Part shown: positions 40,756 through 48,805 of the stretch, in pieces | Layout: every line of letters starts with the position of its first letter | Position numbering within the stretch: the first letter of the stretch is position 1 | DNA from: Chitinivibrionales bacterium | GTDB lineage: Bacteria > Fibrobacterota > Chitinivibrionia > Chitinivibrionales > WJKA01 | Direction: 5' to 3' | DNA: 54,394 nucleotides | NCBI GenBank assembly: GCA_014728215.1 | Contig: WJLZ01000143.1 | Coordinates: forward strand, 1-54,394 | Position numbers and translations under genes: made by a program | Notes under the pieces: generated by a model | Seen by the model: the letters and a program-made list of their open reading frames with translations, nothing else | Databases searched by the model: none | Told to the model about the DNA's origin: nothing

Positions 40756-41481
40756 TTATCCGCGATCTTGTTTTTGCTTTTGTTTGATTCCGAGAACATA
40801 GACTGATGCGATTCCGGCGAGGAACCCCCCGATATGAGCCCAGAAAGCAACACCACCGGTGGCGGTGCCGATTGTGGGCAGTGCGGAGATAAGTTGGATA
40901 AAAAACCAGTATCCGAGCATAAAAATGGCCGGCACATCGATACGGGTTATAAAAAATCCCAGGAACACAAGCATTTCGACCCGCGCACGGGGAAAGAGTA
41001 CGGCATAGGCGCCCATAATACCTCCTATTGCTCCTGATGCCCCTACCATGGGGATAGTGCTTGATGGATTTATCATAATCTGCGCGCCGGCGGCGACAAG
41101 ACCCGAAAGAAGATAAACAATAATGTATTTAACCTTACCAAAGGTATCTTCAATATTATCACCAAATACCCACAGAAACCACATGTTGCCGATAATGTGA
41201 AGCCATCCACCATGCATAAACATCGAGGAAACAAGAGTAAACCAGTCGGGAGAACGGTCGATCGTACAGGCCACCCCTTTGCTGATAGGAATCTGAGTTC
41301 CTGCCGGGACCGTGCCGAGAAGTTCACCGGGAATGAGCCCGTAGTTACATACCGATTTGATAAGGGCTGGTTGTGTACCCAGCCCCTGAATCAGTATCCA
41401 TACGGCCGCATTGATTCCGATAATCACATAAGTAATGACCGGGGTATGGATTGTCGGGTTATCGTCTCGAAGCGGAAACAT
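40756..41481 (-). CDS. Rhomboid-family intramembrane serine protease (paralog 2)
   Basis: 241 aa, MFPLRDDNP start, with GASGAIGG and AHIGGF catalytic motifs. It is collinear with, and about 70% identical to, the 38943..39671 product. Confidence 0.85.
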   Translation of the reverse strand: MFPLRDDNPTIHTPVITYVIIGINAAVWILIQGLGTQPALIKSVCNYGLIPGELLGTVPAGTQIPISKGVACTIDRSPDWFTLVSSMFMHGGWLHIIGNMWFLWVFGDNIEDTFGKVKYIIVYLLSGLVAAGAQIMINPSSTIPMVGASGAIGGIMGAYAVLFPRARVEMLVFLGFFITRIDVPAIFMLGYWFFIQLISALPTIGTATGGVAFWAHIGGFLAGIASVYVLGIKQKQKQDRG

Positions 41482-41568
41482 AGTAAGCTCTTTCTGTTAC
41501 GTACTCGGCACCACAGATACAATAACGGTGCACAATTTGCACAATGAAAAAAAGGTGTATTCATGGAC

Positions 41569-42153
41569 TTATTCCGTTTTTGTTTCTGCGATACCGATAA
41601 CGCCGCAGGCCACACGGGGGCCGGCATTACCGGTGGGCTGTGATTCCAGGTCATCGGGATTGACATGGACCACGAGTGCCCGTCCAATAATGGAATATTC
41701 TCCGTTCAGTGCGATGACCGAATCGATAAACTCAAACGTTGCCATTCCCTGCTGGTTTGCCTCGATATTGCCAAGGTCGCCCACATGCCGGAGAGAATCG
41801 GTAGGAGCGCCGTGGGGCATTCCGCGCGGTGCGTAGTGTCCTCCGGCAGAAGTAGCATCATCGGCAGAACAGTCGCCATATTCATGCACATGAAAGCCAT
41901 GTTTGCCGGGTTCTAATCCGGTAACCTCGCCCTGTACCCGAATCGCGTTGTTGATCTTCTCGAATTGCACCGTGCTGCGGACATCATTGCCTTCGGTCGG
42001 GTGAAGGACAGCGACCGCAGACATTACCTCGGGTGACATTGTTTGAGCAGCCTGAGATTCGGCGGCGCCTCCTTGCGGCGTGCCTTCATCACAAGCGGTA
42101 AAAAACAGAGCGATTGTTACTGCCGAAAAAACACCTTTTTCCAAGAAATGCAT
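41569..42153 (-). CDS. sodC: Copper/zinc superoxide dismutase (periplasmic/lipoprotein)
   Basis: HGFHVHEYGDC, GGHYAP and GDLGNIEA metal-ligand motifs and a C-terminal PRVACGVIG. The N-terminal signal with FFTACDEG suggests a lipoprotein. Confidence 0.9.
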   Translation of the reverse strand: MHFLEKGVFSAVTIALFFTACDEGTPQGGAAESQAAQTMSPEVMSAVAVLHPTEGNDVRSTVQFEKINNAIRVQGEVTGLEPGKHGFHVHEYGDCSADDATSAGGHYAPRGMPHGAPTDSLRHVGDLGNIEANQQGMATFEFIDSVIALNGEYSIIGRALVVHVNPDDLESQPTGNAGPRVACGVIGIAETKTE

Positions 42154-42195
42154 TTTCTTCCTCCTTTTTATGAAGTGATAATAAACGACGCAGGA

Positions 42196-42882
42196 TCAGA
42201 GTTCCAGCGTCGAGGATTCAACGATAGTTACCTTTTTGTGTTTAAGCTCCTTTTGCAACTGATTATCAGCCTGCGGGTTAACCGAGCGGCTTAAGTCCCA
42301 TAACAACACGGTAGCAAAGCCTTCATCGGCAGCATCCTCGGAAGTCCAGCGTACGCAGACATCACGGGCAAGTCCGCAAATATAGACTGTCTCGATACCC
42401 CGTTCACGCAGGTAGCCGGCCAGTCCTGTTTTGGGACGGGAGCCATTGGGAGCCCAGTTATTGCGAAATCCGCTGTAAGAATCCACCGCCGGATTCTCAC
42501 CTTTGCGAATAAATGCCAATACATTGTTCCAGGGAAGCTCAGGATGCATGTCGGCACCCTTGCTACCCTGAACACAGTGGTCGGGCCACAGTGTTTGTTC
42601 ATGGCCGTACAATTCGATACTTTCAAGAGGATTTTTTCCTTCGTGACGAGAGGCGAATGAGATATGCCCTTCAGGATGCCAGTCCTGTGTTGCCACAATA
42701 AGAGAAAACCACCCAGATTGCATTATACGACTGACAGGGGCCAGAATCTGATCTCCCCCATCAACTCCCAGAAGGCCTCCGGGCAAAAAATCGGGTTGCA
42801 TATCGACTACCAGAAGCGCTGATGTTTCTTTGATGATTTGGATGCCGGATGAAGCCATTTGAAGATTACCTTTCACTTGCAT
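42196..42882 (-). CDS. pncA: Nicotinamidase/pyrazinamidase (isochorismatase family)
   Basis: ALLVVDMQPDFLPGG...ATQDWHPEGHISFAS pattern with Asp/Lys/Cys triad context (VYICGLARDVCV). Alternative start at MASSG (42858). Confidence 0.8.
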   Translation of the reverse strand: MQVKGNLQMASSGIQIIKETSALLVVDMQPDFLPGGLLGVDGGDQILAPVSRIMQSGWFSLIVATQDWHPEGHISFASRHEGKNPLESIELYGHEQTLWPDHCVQGSKGADMHPELPWNNVLAFIRKGENPAVDSYSGFRNNWAPNGSRPKTGLAGYLRERGIETVYICGLARDVCVRWTSEDAADEGFATVLLWDLSRSVNPQADNQLQKELKHKKVTIVESSTLEL

Positions 42883-43061
42883 TGATACTGATCGTTTGCC
42901 AAATGCCGGCTTTTACAGAACTGCCGAGCTAAGTAGATCTACAAAGAACAGCAAAAACCAGACCAATATCGACCTTTGGTGAGACGTTGGCATATTCTTT
43001 GCATCAATGTAGAAGCAGTGTAGATATTTTAAAAATGTATTTCTCTAAAGGGAGGTTTATC

Positions 43062-43718
43062 TTGGAAAGTGAGACCATCAAAAGAAGCATTATCGACCAT
43101 CTCTACTGGGACCAGCGTGTTGATGCATCGCACGTTACCGTCGAAATAGCCGATGAAACAGTTCGTCTTTCAGGTTCAGTCCCCTCAGCACTGGCCCGGG
43201 CTTCGGCGGAATACGATGCTTGGGTTGTTGAAGGCGTAAAATCGGTAGACAATGAATTGACTATCGAATACCCCCAAACCACCGAACTCCCCAGCGGTGA
43301 AGTGGTCCAGAGAGAAATCGAACGGACCCTCCTGTGGAACCCCAATATCGACGCAAAACGGATCAGCGTTGAAATGCGTGGAGGAACGGCCGTGCTCAAT
43401 GGTGAAGTTGATGCCTACTGGAAAAAATCGAGGGTTGAAGAACTGGTCCTTGATGTGACCGGTGTTCTTTCGGTCGGTAACCATCTCAATGTAAACCCCC
43501 GCAGATCCCTGAGCGACAGGGAGATCGCACAATCGATAACCGAGGCGCTCAAGCGAGACAAAACAATCGATCAGAGGGAGATTGAGGTATCGGTAACCGA
43601 CGGTATTGTCAAATTGCAGGGAAAGATTCCCGACCGACAGCAGCGCATTGCCGTCCAGAGCATCGCTGGTCATTCGATGGGTGTGGTGGATGTTATCAAC
43701 GAACTCAGTACACGATAA
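43062..43718 (+). CDS. BON-domain protein (OsmY-like, three BON repeats)
   Basis: Three repeats of the BON pattern (I..xL..D.R.DAS.V.VE..DG.V.L.G.V). The probable start is a TTG after a GGGAGG RBS at about 43062; the six-frame ORF opens at ATG 42987. Confidence 0.65.
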   Translation: MESETIKRSIIDHLYWDQRVDASHVTVEIADETVRLSGSVPSALARASAEYDAWVVEGVKSVDNELTIEYPQTTELPSGEVVQREIERTLLWNPNIDAKRISVEMRGGTAVLNGEVDAYWKKSRVEELVLDVTGVLSVGNHLNVNPRRSLSDREIAQSITEALKRDKTIDQREIEVSVTDGIVKLQGKIPDRQQRIAVQSIAGHSMGVVDVINELSTR

Positions 43719-43725
43719 TACCCTC

Positions 43726-44604
43726 TCAGGTCAACCCGCGCTCATCATAGAATGCATACAGTTTGCGCTCATAGACATCCGTACCTTCTTTTTCATCGTA
43801 GGCAGGCGATTTCTGCAAGTCATCATTCGACAGGGTAAGTTCGATTTCGGATGTGGCGGAGCGGAAATCGCTTATATGCCCGACCGGAAGGAGGATATAT
43901 TTTTCTTTTACTTTCTGAGGCGGTTTTGCGATCAGGTAGCGCACCGACCAGTCGCTGTCGTCAATTAAAACATCATTGCAGGCAGCTCCCTGTTCATCGG
44001 TGGTAAGAATCGTATACTCCCTGATCCGTCCGGCACTGTGAATCGATGCCGAATAGGAGCGTTCTTCGGAAGGTTCGGCAAATTCCAGCTCTCTCATTTC
44101 CTCGTCTTCAGGTTCACCGGAAGCAAGTGTCTGAGCGGCCCCATAATCACCTTCATCGTAATTATAGGCATCGGGCGCCTCCCGTTCCTCATCGACACCC
44201 CTCGTACCGTCCTCATAGGGAATTCCTGTCTCATCCATTTTCTTCACTCGCGGGGTATCCATAAACGATGACTGTCCCCAGTAGACGGGCCATTCGTAAT
44301 ACCGATGCAAGGCCATTTCATACTCCCGGCTGATCGGTAAGTCAACATCGGTTTCAGGACTGTTATATACCTTTTCCCGGGTTAAGGGCAGTTTTAAAAT
44401 CCTGTTATCCCAGTCAAAACTTCCCAGGGCAGTAATGGCAACCAGCGCGGTCCGCGCTTCAATGGGCTCTTCAATCTGAATAGCGATATAACGCATATTC
44501 CATTCTTCTTCATCAAAATAGAGATCTTTTACTGTACCAACATCTCCATCACTGCATTGCACGATAATACCGAAAAATTCTGTTGCTCGGCGCAACATAA
44601 ACAC
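43726..44604 (-). CDS. Tandem PRC-barrel domain stress protein with an acidic linker
   Basis: An N-terminal PRC-barrel-like segment (GTVKDLYFDEEEWNMRYIAIQ) and a C-terminal second copy (ACNDVLIDDSDWSVRYLIAKP) are separated by a Glu/Asp-rich linker. Confidence 0.6.
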   Translation of the reverse strand: MFMLRRATEFFGIIVQCSDGDVGTVKDLYFDEEEWNMRYIAIQIEEPIEARTALVAITALGSFDWDNRILKLPLTREKVYNSPETDVDLPISREYEMALHRYYEWPVYWGQSSFMDTPRVKKMDETGIPYEDGTRGVDEEREAPDAYNYDEGDYGAAQTLASGEPEDEEMRELEFAEPSEERSYSASIHSAGRIREYTILTTDEQGAACNDVLIDDSDWSVRYLIAKPPQKVKEKYILLPVGHISDFRSATSEIELTLSNDDLQKSPAYDEKEGTDVYERKLYAFYDERGLT

Positions 44605-44738
44605 CTCCTGGGGGGAAAACTCGAAATCCGAAATTCGAAATCCGAAATAATTATCAGTTCATGGCCTAATGGCCATACCATTGAGCGGTCAGGTCGATTA
44701 CCTTAATCCACCATCCTTATCCATTATTCTTTCTTACC

Positions 44739-45944
44739 CTACTTAATCGCCTCCTGCAACTGCGGTTCGGTCATTTCCTGATGGGATTCGATGAGTTCAC
44801 GGGCTGCATCGAGTTTGTTCCATACATTGCACATCATGGCACCCCTTACCCGATTGTCTTTGAGGTAGTAGATGATACCGATCTGGTTTTCCTTTTGCCA
44901 GTCGGAGACTGTTTCCAATGAAGGATCGGTTTCGCCGACCGCTTCATAGCCGAAATCAAAGAGATCGGAAAAGAAGTAGGGCAGATAAGTAAATGGTTCC
45001 TTACTGCCAGCCATGTTTTTGCCTGCATGCTCGCCCTGGGTCATTGCAGCATCCCAATGTTCGATCCGACGGCGTGAATTCAGGGCGGGATAGTGGAAAT
45101 TGGTATTATCACCGACTGCGTATATATCCGGATTAGAGGTCTGAAAATATCCATTAACAATTATCCCGTTTTCGAGAGCGAGACCGGCATTTTCAGCTAT
45201 CGCAATCGCAGGGGTGATTCCGATTCCTGCAATGACGATTTCACTTTCGTAACGCTTCCCTTTTTTGGTAGTTGTTATGAAGAGTTTGTCTTTGCGTTCA
45301 ATGGCGGTCGGGATATCACCGGCATCGATCCTGATTCCGTTTTCCTGATATTTACGCAAAACAGTCGTACCCAGTGATTCGGGAAAAACACGCCCGCACA
45401 TGTAATCTTCGGGAAACACCATAGTCACGGCAAGGTTCTGCTGGCTGAGAGATGCCGCAATTTCCGAACCGATAAATCCACCGCCGATCACCACCACCCG
45501 GGTTCCTTCTTTTGCAAGATCGCGAATCCGCTTGTAATCGTCAAGATACCGATAATAGCAGATTTCCGGATCATCCCCTCCGGGTATGGACAGTTTTTTC
45601 GGTATACCTCCTGTTGCAAGGAGAAGCTTTTCATAGCCGACCTGATTTCCGGAACTGTCGCTGATCGTTTTATTCTGCGCATCACATTGCGTTATGGTAA
45701 CGCCAAGCTTTGTCGCTACCTGCTTATCGCCGTAAAACGAAAAATCTTCAACAAAAATGTCATCAATACTTTTGGTCTTGCTCCATAATGATTTAGTGAG
45801 CGGAGGCCGATGATAAGGAAGGTGTTTTTCGGCCCCGATCAGAAGGATTGAACCTTCAGCGTCGATGGTGCGAATACCCTTTGCTGCTGAAATACCGGCC
45901 AGACCGCCGCCTACTATTACATATTTATACATTTCTTTAGCCAT
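44739..45944 (-). CDS. FAD-dependent NAD(P)H oxidoreductase of the rubredoxin-reductase/AIF/ferredoxin-reductase family (candidate NAD(P)H:rubredoxin oxidoreductase)
   Basis: Start at MAKEMYKYVIVGGGLAGISAAKGIR (FAD GxGxxG), with a second Rossmann motif VVVIGGGFIGSEIA for NAD(P)H. Length about 400 aa and no redox-active CxxxxC. It lies about 220 nt downstream of the SOR gene on the same strand. Confidence 0.7.
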   Translation of the reverse strand: MAKEMYKYVIVGGGLAGISAAKGIRTIDAEGSILLIGAEKHLPYHRPPLTKSLWSKTKSIDDIFVEDFSFYGDKQVATKLGVTITQCDAQNKTISDSSGNQVGYEKLLLATGGIPKKLSIPGGDDPEICYYRYLDDYKRIRDLAKEGTRVVVIGGGFIGSEIAASLSQQNLAVTMVFPEDYMCGRVFPESLGTTVLRKYQENGIRIDAGDIPTAIERKDKLFITTTKKGKRYESEIVIAGIGITPAIAIAENAGLALENGIIVNGYFQTSNPDIYAVGDNTNFHYPALNSRRRIEHWDAAMTQGEHAGKNMAGSKEPFTYLPYFFSDLFDFGYEAVGETDPSLETVSDWQKENQIGIIYYLKDNRVRGAMMCNVWNKLDAARELIESHQEMTEPQLQEAIK

Positions 45945-46164
45945 GATAAAACTCCCTTGGAGGGTGAAAAGTCTCAGTTCAAAAATTTGCAAACCCCGTT
46001 GATAGAAAACGCTCTCATCTCCATGCTATCATGGGTGTATCGTTTCATAGAGTTAAGGAGAGGATAAGAGATCACGAATTCGGATCAGAAACGGCAATTT
46101 TGGTTCCCGATCTGAAATCGTGATCTCAAATCCAACACCCTTCATCAACCTTAACCGTTATACC

Positions 46165-46572
46165 TTACGAAATATCGATTTTCTTTGAATTCTGCCACAA
46201 TCCGTGAATGTTGCAGTAACTCGATGCAAGGATCGTACCGGGTTTATCGGCTTTAAAACTCACGGATGCACCATGATGCGTATACACACCGCTGGTGTCG
46301 GGACCTTCAGTTGAAGCTCCATGGGCGGCAAATTCAACCTTGCCGATCTCATAGGGGAACTTGCTTCCCTCCGGATGAAAGTACACACCGATCCATCGGA
46401 TATGGTGCTCAGTTTTGTTGGGATGAGCAACTTCTTTACCGATAGTCACATTTACCTGAATATACTCGCTCTTTTTTCCGCTGTCGGGAGCTTCGATTAC
46501 CGGCACATGTTTTTCGGTTTTCCAATCTGCACTCTGAAACAGGTCACTGTACGTTTCCATTGTAGCTTCCAT
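46165..46572 (-). CDS. sor: Superoxide reductase (1Fe-SOR, neelaredoxin/desulfoferrodoxin centre II type)
   Basis: About 130 aa with EKHVPVIE, H..H ligands (HPNKTEHHIRW), and C...H (SYCNIHGLW), typical of the SOR Fe(His)4Cys site. It lies 32 nt downstream of the encapsulin gene on the same strand. Confidence 0.85.
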   Translation of the reverse strand: MEATMETYSDLFQSADWKTEKHVPVIEAPDSGKKSEYIQVNVTIGKEVAHPNKTEHHIRWIGVYFHPEGSKFPYEIGKVEFAAHGASTEGPDTSGVYTHHGASVSFKADKPGTILASSYCNIHGLWQNSKKIDIS

Positions 46573-46603
46573 TAACTACCTCCAAATTTTATGGTGATGA
46601 AAT

Positions 46604-47434
46604 TCAGGGCGTCTTACCCGACGCCTGCAAACGGCATACTGCCGATGGGACATTTAAGCGTAAGGCAAGGCTTTCCGATAAAATAAATGTATAGTTTCTT
46701 CCTTCAGGTCCTTCAAAAGCGGTCATTATATCCTGACCGAGCATAATTGAGGCATACTGCATTCCCTCGGCCAGAAGGACTCCTCCACGGTCAACTGATG
46801 CGGCTTTAACTACATTCCCACCAAGCATCTGACGCATATGGTCTATTTCAAGGACATTCCCCTGGGGATACCGTTCGAAAAGTGCGGTATACCGGGCAGG
46901 ATCAAGGGCAAGAATATAGGGACCGTGGTGTCCTGCATTGTCGAGTTTCTCGATCGCTTTCATGACATCATGAACACCATCTCCAACCTGTTTCCATTCT
47001 TTAAGACTCACCGACTGCACCCCATCCGAATTCAACAGTCCTTTGGAACCAAGGCTCTGCGATCCGTAATACAGCAGCCGGTCTTCCTTACGAGCACACC
47101 GCTGAGCAGCCTGAACAACATTTCTCATGTTCATGGGTAATCCATAGCGCTCATACGTATCGATATCCCGTGCCGAAATGGTGAATGAAGTGGAAATCAG
47201 CGGGACCGGTATAGAACAGTCGGCGGTCACGCTTGTCTCTTCATCGCTGTCGCGTTCGAGGGGACTTTCTCCGGAGGGGAGTGATTTAAATCCTAGCCCA
47301 TAGGGTCCGATTGTTGCCAGCACGCGCCGGGCGCTCAATTCAGCTTCAGCCGATTTTGCCACAATCCTGTCGATCAGCTCCCATACCTTATCGCCGAACG
47401 GGGCATCGTCTCTCATTAAAAATTTTTCGCTCAT
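46604..47434 (-). CDS. enc: Family 1 encapsulin nanocompartment shell protein (HK97-fold, linocin M18-like)
   Basis: 276 aa, collinear with T. maritima-type encapsulins. Shared blocks: FGDKVWELIDRIV, GPYGLGFKSLP, LISTSFTISARDIDTYERYG, HGPYILALDPARYTAL, LGQDIMTAFEGPEGRNYTFILSESLALRL. It is immediately preceded by the EncFtn cargo gene. Confidence 0.85.
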   Translation of the reverse strand: MSEKFLMRDDAPFGDKVWELIDRIVAKSAEAELSARRVLATIGPYGLGFKSLPSGESPLERDSDEETSVTADCSIPVPLISTSFTISARDIDTYERYGLPMNMRNVVQAAQRCARKEDRLLYYGSQSLGSKGLLNSDGVQSVSLKEWKQVGDGVHDVMKAIEKLDNAGHHGPYILALDPARYTALFERYPQGNVLEIDHMRQMLGGNVVKAASVDRGGVLLAEGMQYASIMLGQDIMTAFEGPEGRNYTFILSESLALRLNVPSAVCRLQASGKTP

Positions 47435-47443
47435 CTATGCCTC

Positions 47444-47830
47444 CTAGGATCTGCTTTTAAGATCCCCGATTGTCGGGATCGTTTTTGATTCTTCCTTTGA
47501 TTCTTCATTATCCACAGGCTTTTCACCCTTGCTCAGACTCTCTCTCATCTCATCGACCTCCTCAGCGCCTTCCTCCATATATCCCTGCTCATCGCCGGCA
47601 AGAATACTGATCAGGCGTTGAAATTCGCCTTTATGGACTCGTTCTTCATTGGCGACATCCTGAAGGACTGCTTTGGCCAGAGGATTATCGGTGGCATCGG
47701 CCAGCGCTTCATATAAATGTGTAGCTTCTTCTTCCGCGCTCAACGAAAGCCTCAGGCCCCGGAGCAGCTCTCTTGTGGTGATTTTCCTGTCGGGGACCAA
47801 CCCTGTGAACGGATTTACAAATTCGGGCAT
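47444..47830 (-). CDS. encFtn: Encapsulated ferritin-like cargo protein (EncFtn) with a C-terminal encapsulin-targeting peptide
   Basis: 128 aa with the EncFtn-type ferroxidase ligands (EEEATHLYE; ANEERVHKGEF, i.e. E/ExxH motifs) and a C-terminal extension ending TIPTIGDLKSRS that fits the family-1 cargo-loading peptide (T/S-I-G-x-L-K). It sits directly upstream of the shell gene with a 9-nt gap. Confidence 0.8.
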   Translation of the reverse strand: MPEFVNPFTGLVPDRKITTRELLRGLRLSLSAEEEATHLYEALADATDNPLAKAVLQDVANEERVHKGEFQRLISILAGDEQGYMEEGAEEVDEMRESLSKGEKPVDNEESKEESKTIPTIGDLKSRS

Positions 47831-48220
47831 TATGACAATCTCCTTTCAATTGATTACCCTGCGGCGTATTTTTATCTACCGCATCACTGAAAACAACAAC
47901 CAAACCCATAACCGGTCTGTATTTGATAAAAAGGCGCTTGTATTTTCCTTGAAGCAAGCGCAAATATTATGCCACGGCCCTCTATTCCATCATCACCTCA
48001 CCGGTTTTCCCTGAATTCGGAACCATCGGTTCCCTACCCCCAAATCACGGTCTCTCCATTTTTTTCGCATTTTCAAGAAAGATGTTTGCGAATTTGAAAA
48101 AGGCAGCCCCAATCACCGGAAGACTTCTAATTCTGCCCGATAATAACTCCACCACTTTCAAAGATTGGTATAACAATTGCGAATTCCGTTATCCGGTGAT
48201 GTAATAAACTACTGTCAAAG

Positions 48221-48801
48221 TTGAGGATGAGTTCTATGAAAACTGATATCGGCCTTGTAAGCATGGGACCGGTTGATCGGCAATTGATTAACCGCCTTAA
48301 GACAGATCTTGAAGAAAGGGATATCGGTAGTTCGGTAGTGTTGTCGTTCTGGGAGAGATCGACCTGCCCGATAAGGCGTATAATCCCCGACGACGGCAGT
48401 ATCGGGGTGGCCCTCTTTTAGATATGCTGTGTGGATACCGGAACCGGGAAACCGGCCGAGTGCTTGGTCTTGTCGAAGGGGATTGCTATGTGGAGAGTCT
48501 CAATTTTGTGTTTGGCCTTGCAACCCGGGGCGGACGGGAAGCGCTGATTGCACTCCCCCGCCTTCGTGCAGGCATTGCCGGCCGCCGCCCGGACCCGAAA
48601 ACCATTGATAATCGTATTCTGAAAGAAGCACTCCATGAACTCGGCCACAACTGGGGTCTCGATCATTGCAATAACCCCGATTGTGTCATGCGTTTCTCAT
48701 TGACCCTGGCCGAAGTTGACGAAAAAAGCTCTTCTTTTTGCAAACAATGTGCGGTGAAGAGGGAGTCAAAGATTTTGGAAAGGGATGGAAATACAGCGTA
48801 A
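48221..48801 (+). pseudogene. amzA: Archaemetzincin (AmzA-type zinc metallopeptidase) interrupted by a frameshift near 48345-48365
   Basis: The C-terminal ORF carries HELGHNWGLDHC...CVM (HExxHxxGxxH + Cys pair) and NFVFGLA. The N-terminal ORF (MKTDIGLVSMGPVDRQLINRL) matches the AmzA N-terminus. Reading the C-terminal frame upstream gives DLPDKAYNPRRRQYRGGPLLDML, the conserved RxQY...LL block. The two halves are therefore in different frames, and together make about 190 aa. Confidence 0.7.
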
Positions 48802-48805
48802 CAGT

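Larger units (their letters stand above)
38943..41481. repeat. Segmental duplication: two ~730-bp rhomboid gene copies in direct orientation, separated by ~1.1 kb carrying an unrelated ORF
   Basis: The proteins encoded at 38943..39671 and 40756..41481 are collinear and about 70% identical at the amino-acid level, including identical GASGAIGG, WLHII.NMWFLW and FWAHIGGF blocks. Confidence 0.7.

Noticed and set aside
46165-46572. SOR as a second encapsulin cargo
   Set aside because: There is no C-terminal or N-terminal extension resembling the T-I-G-x-L-K cargo-loading peptide. Co-transcription is plausible, but encapsulation is not supported by the sequence.
47831-48220. Possible operator (GCGCTTG-N14-CAAGCGC inverted repeat) in the divergent encFtn/amzA promoter region
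   Set aside because: It is a short 7-bp stem with no resemblance to Fur/PerR consensus boxes. It cannot be distinguished from chance without comparative data.
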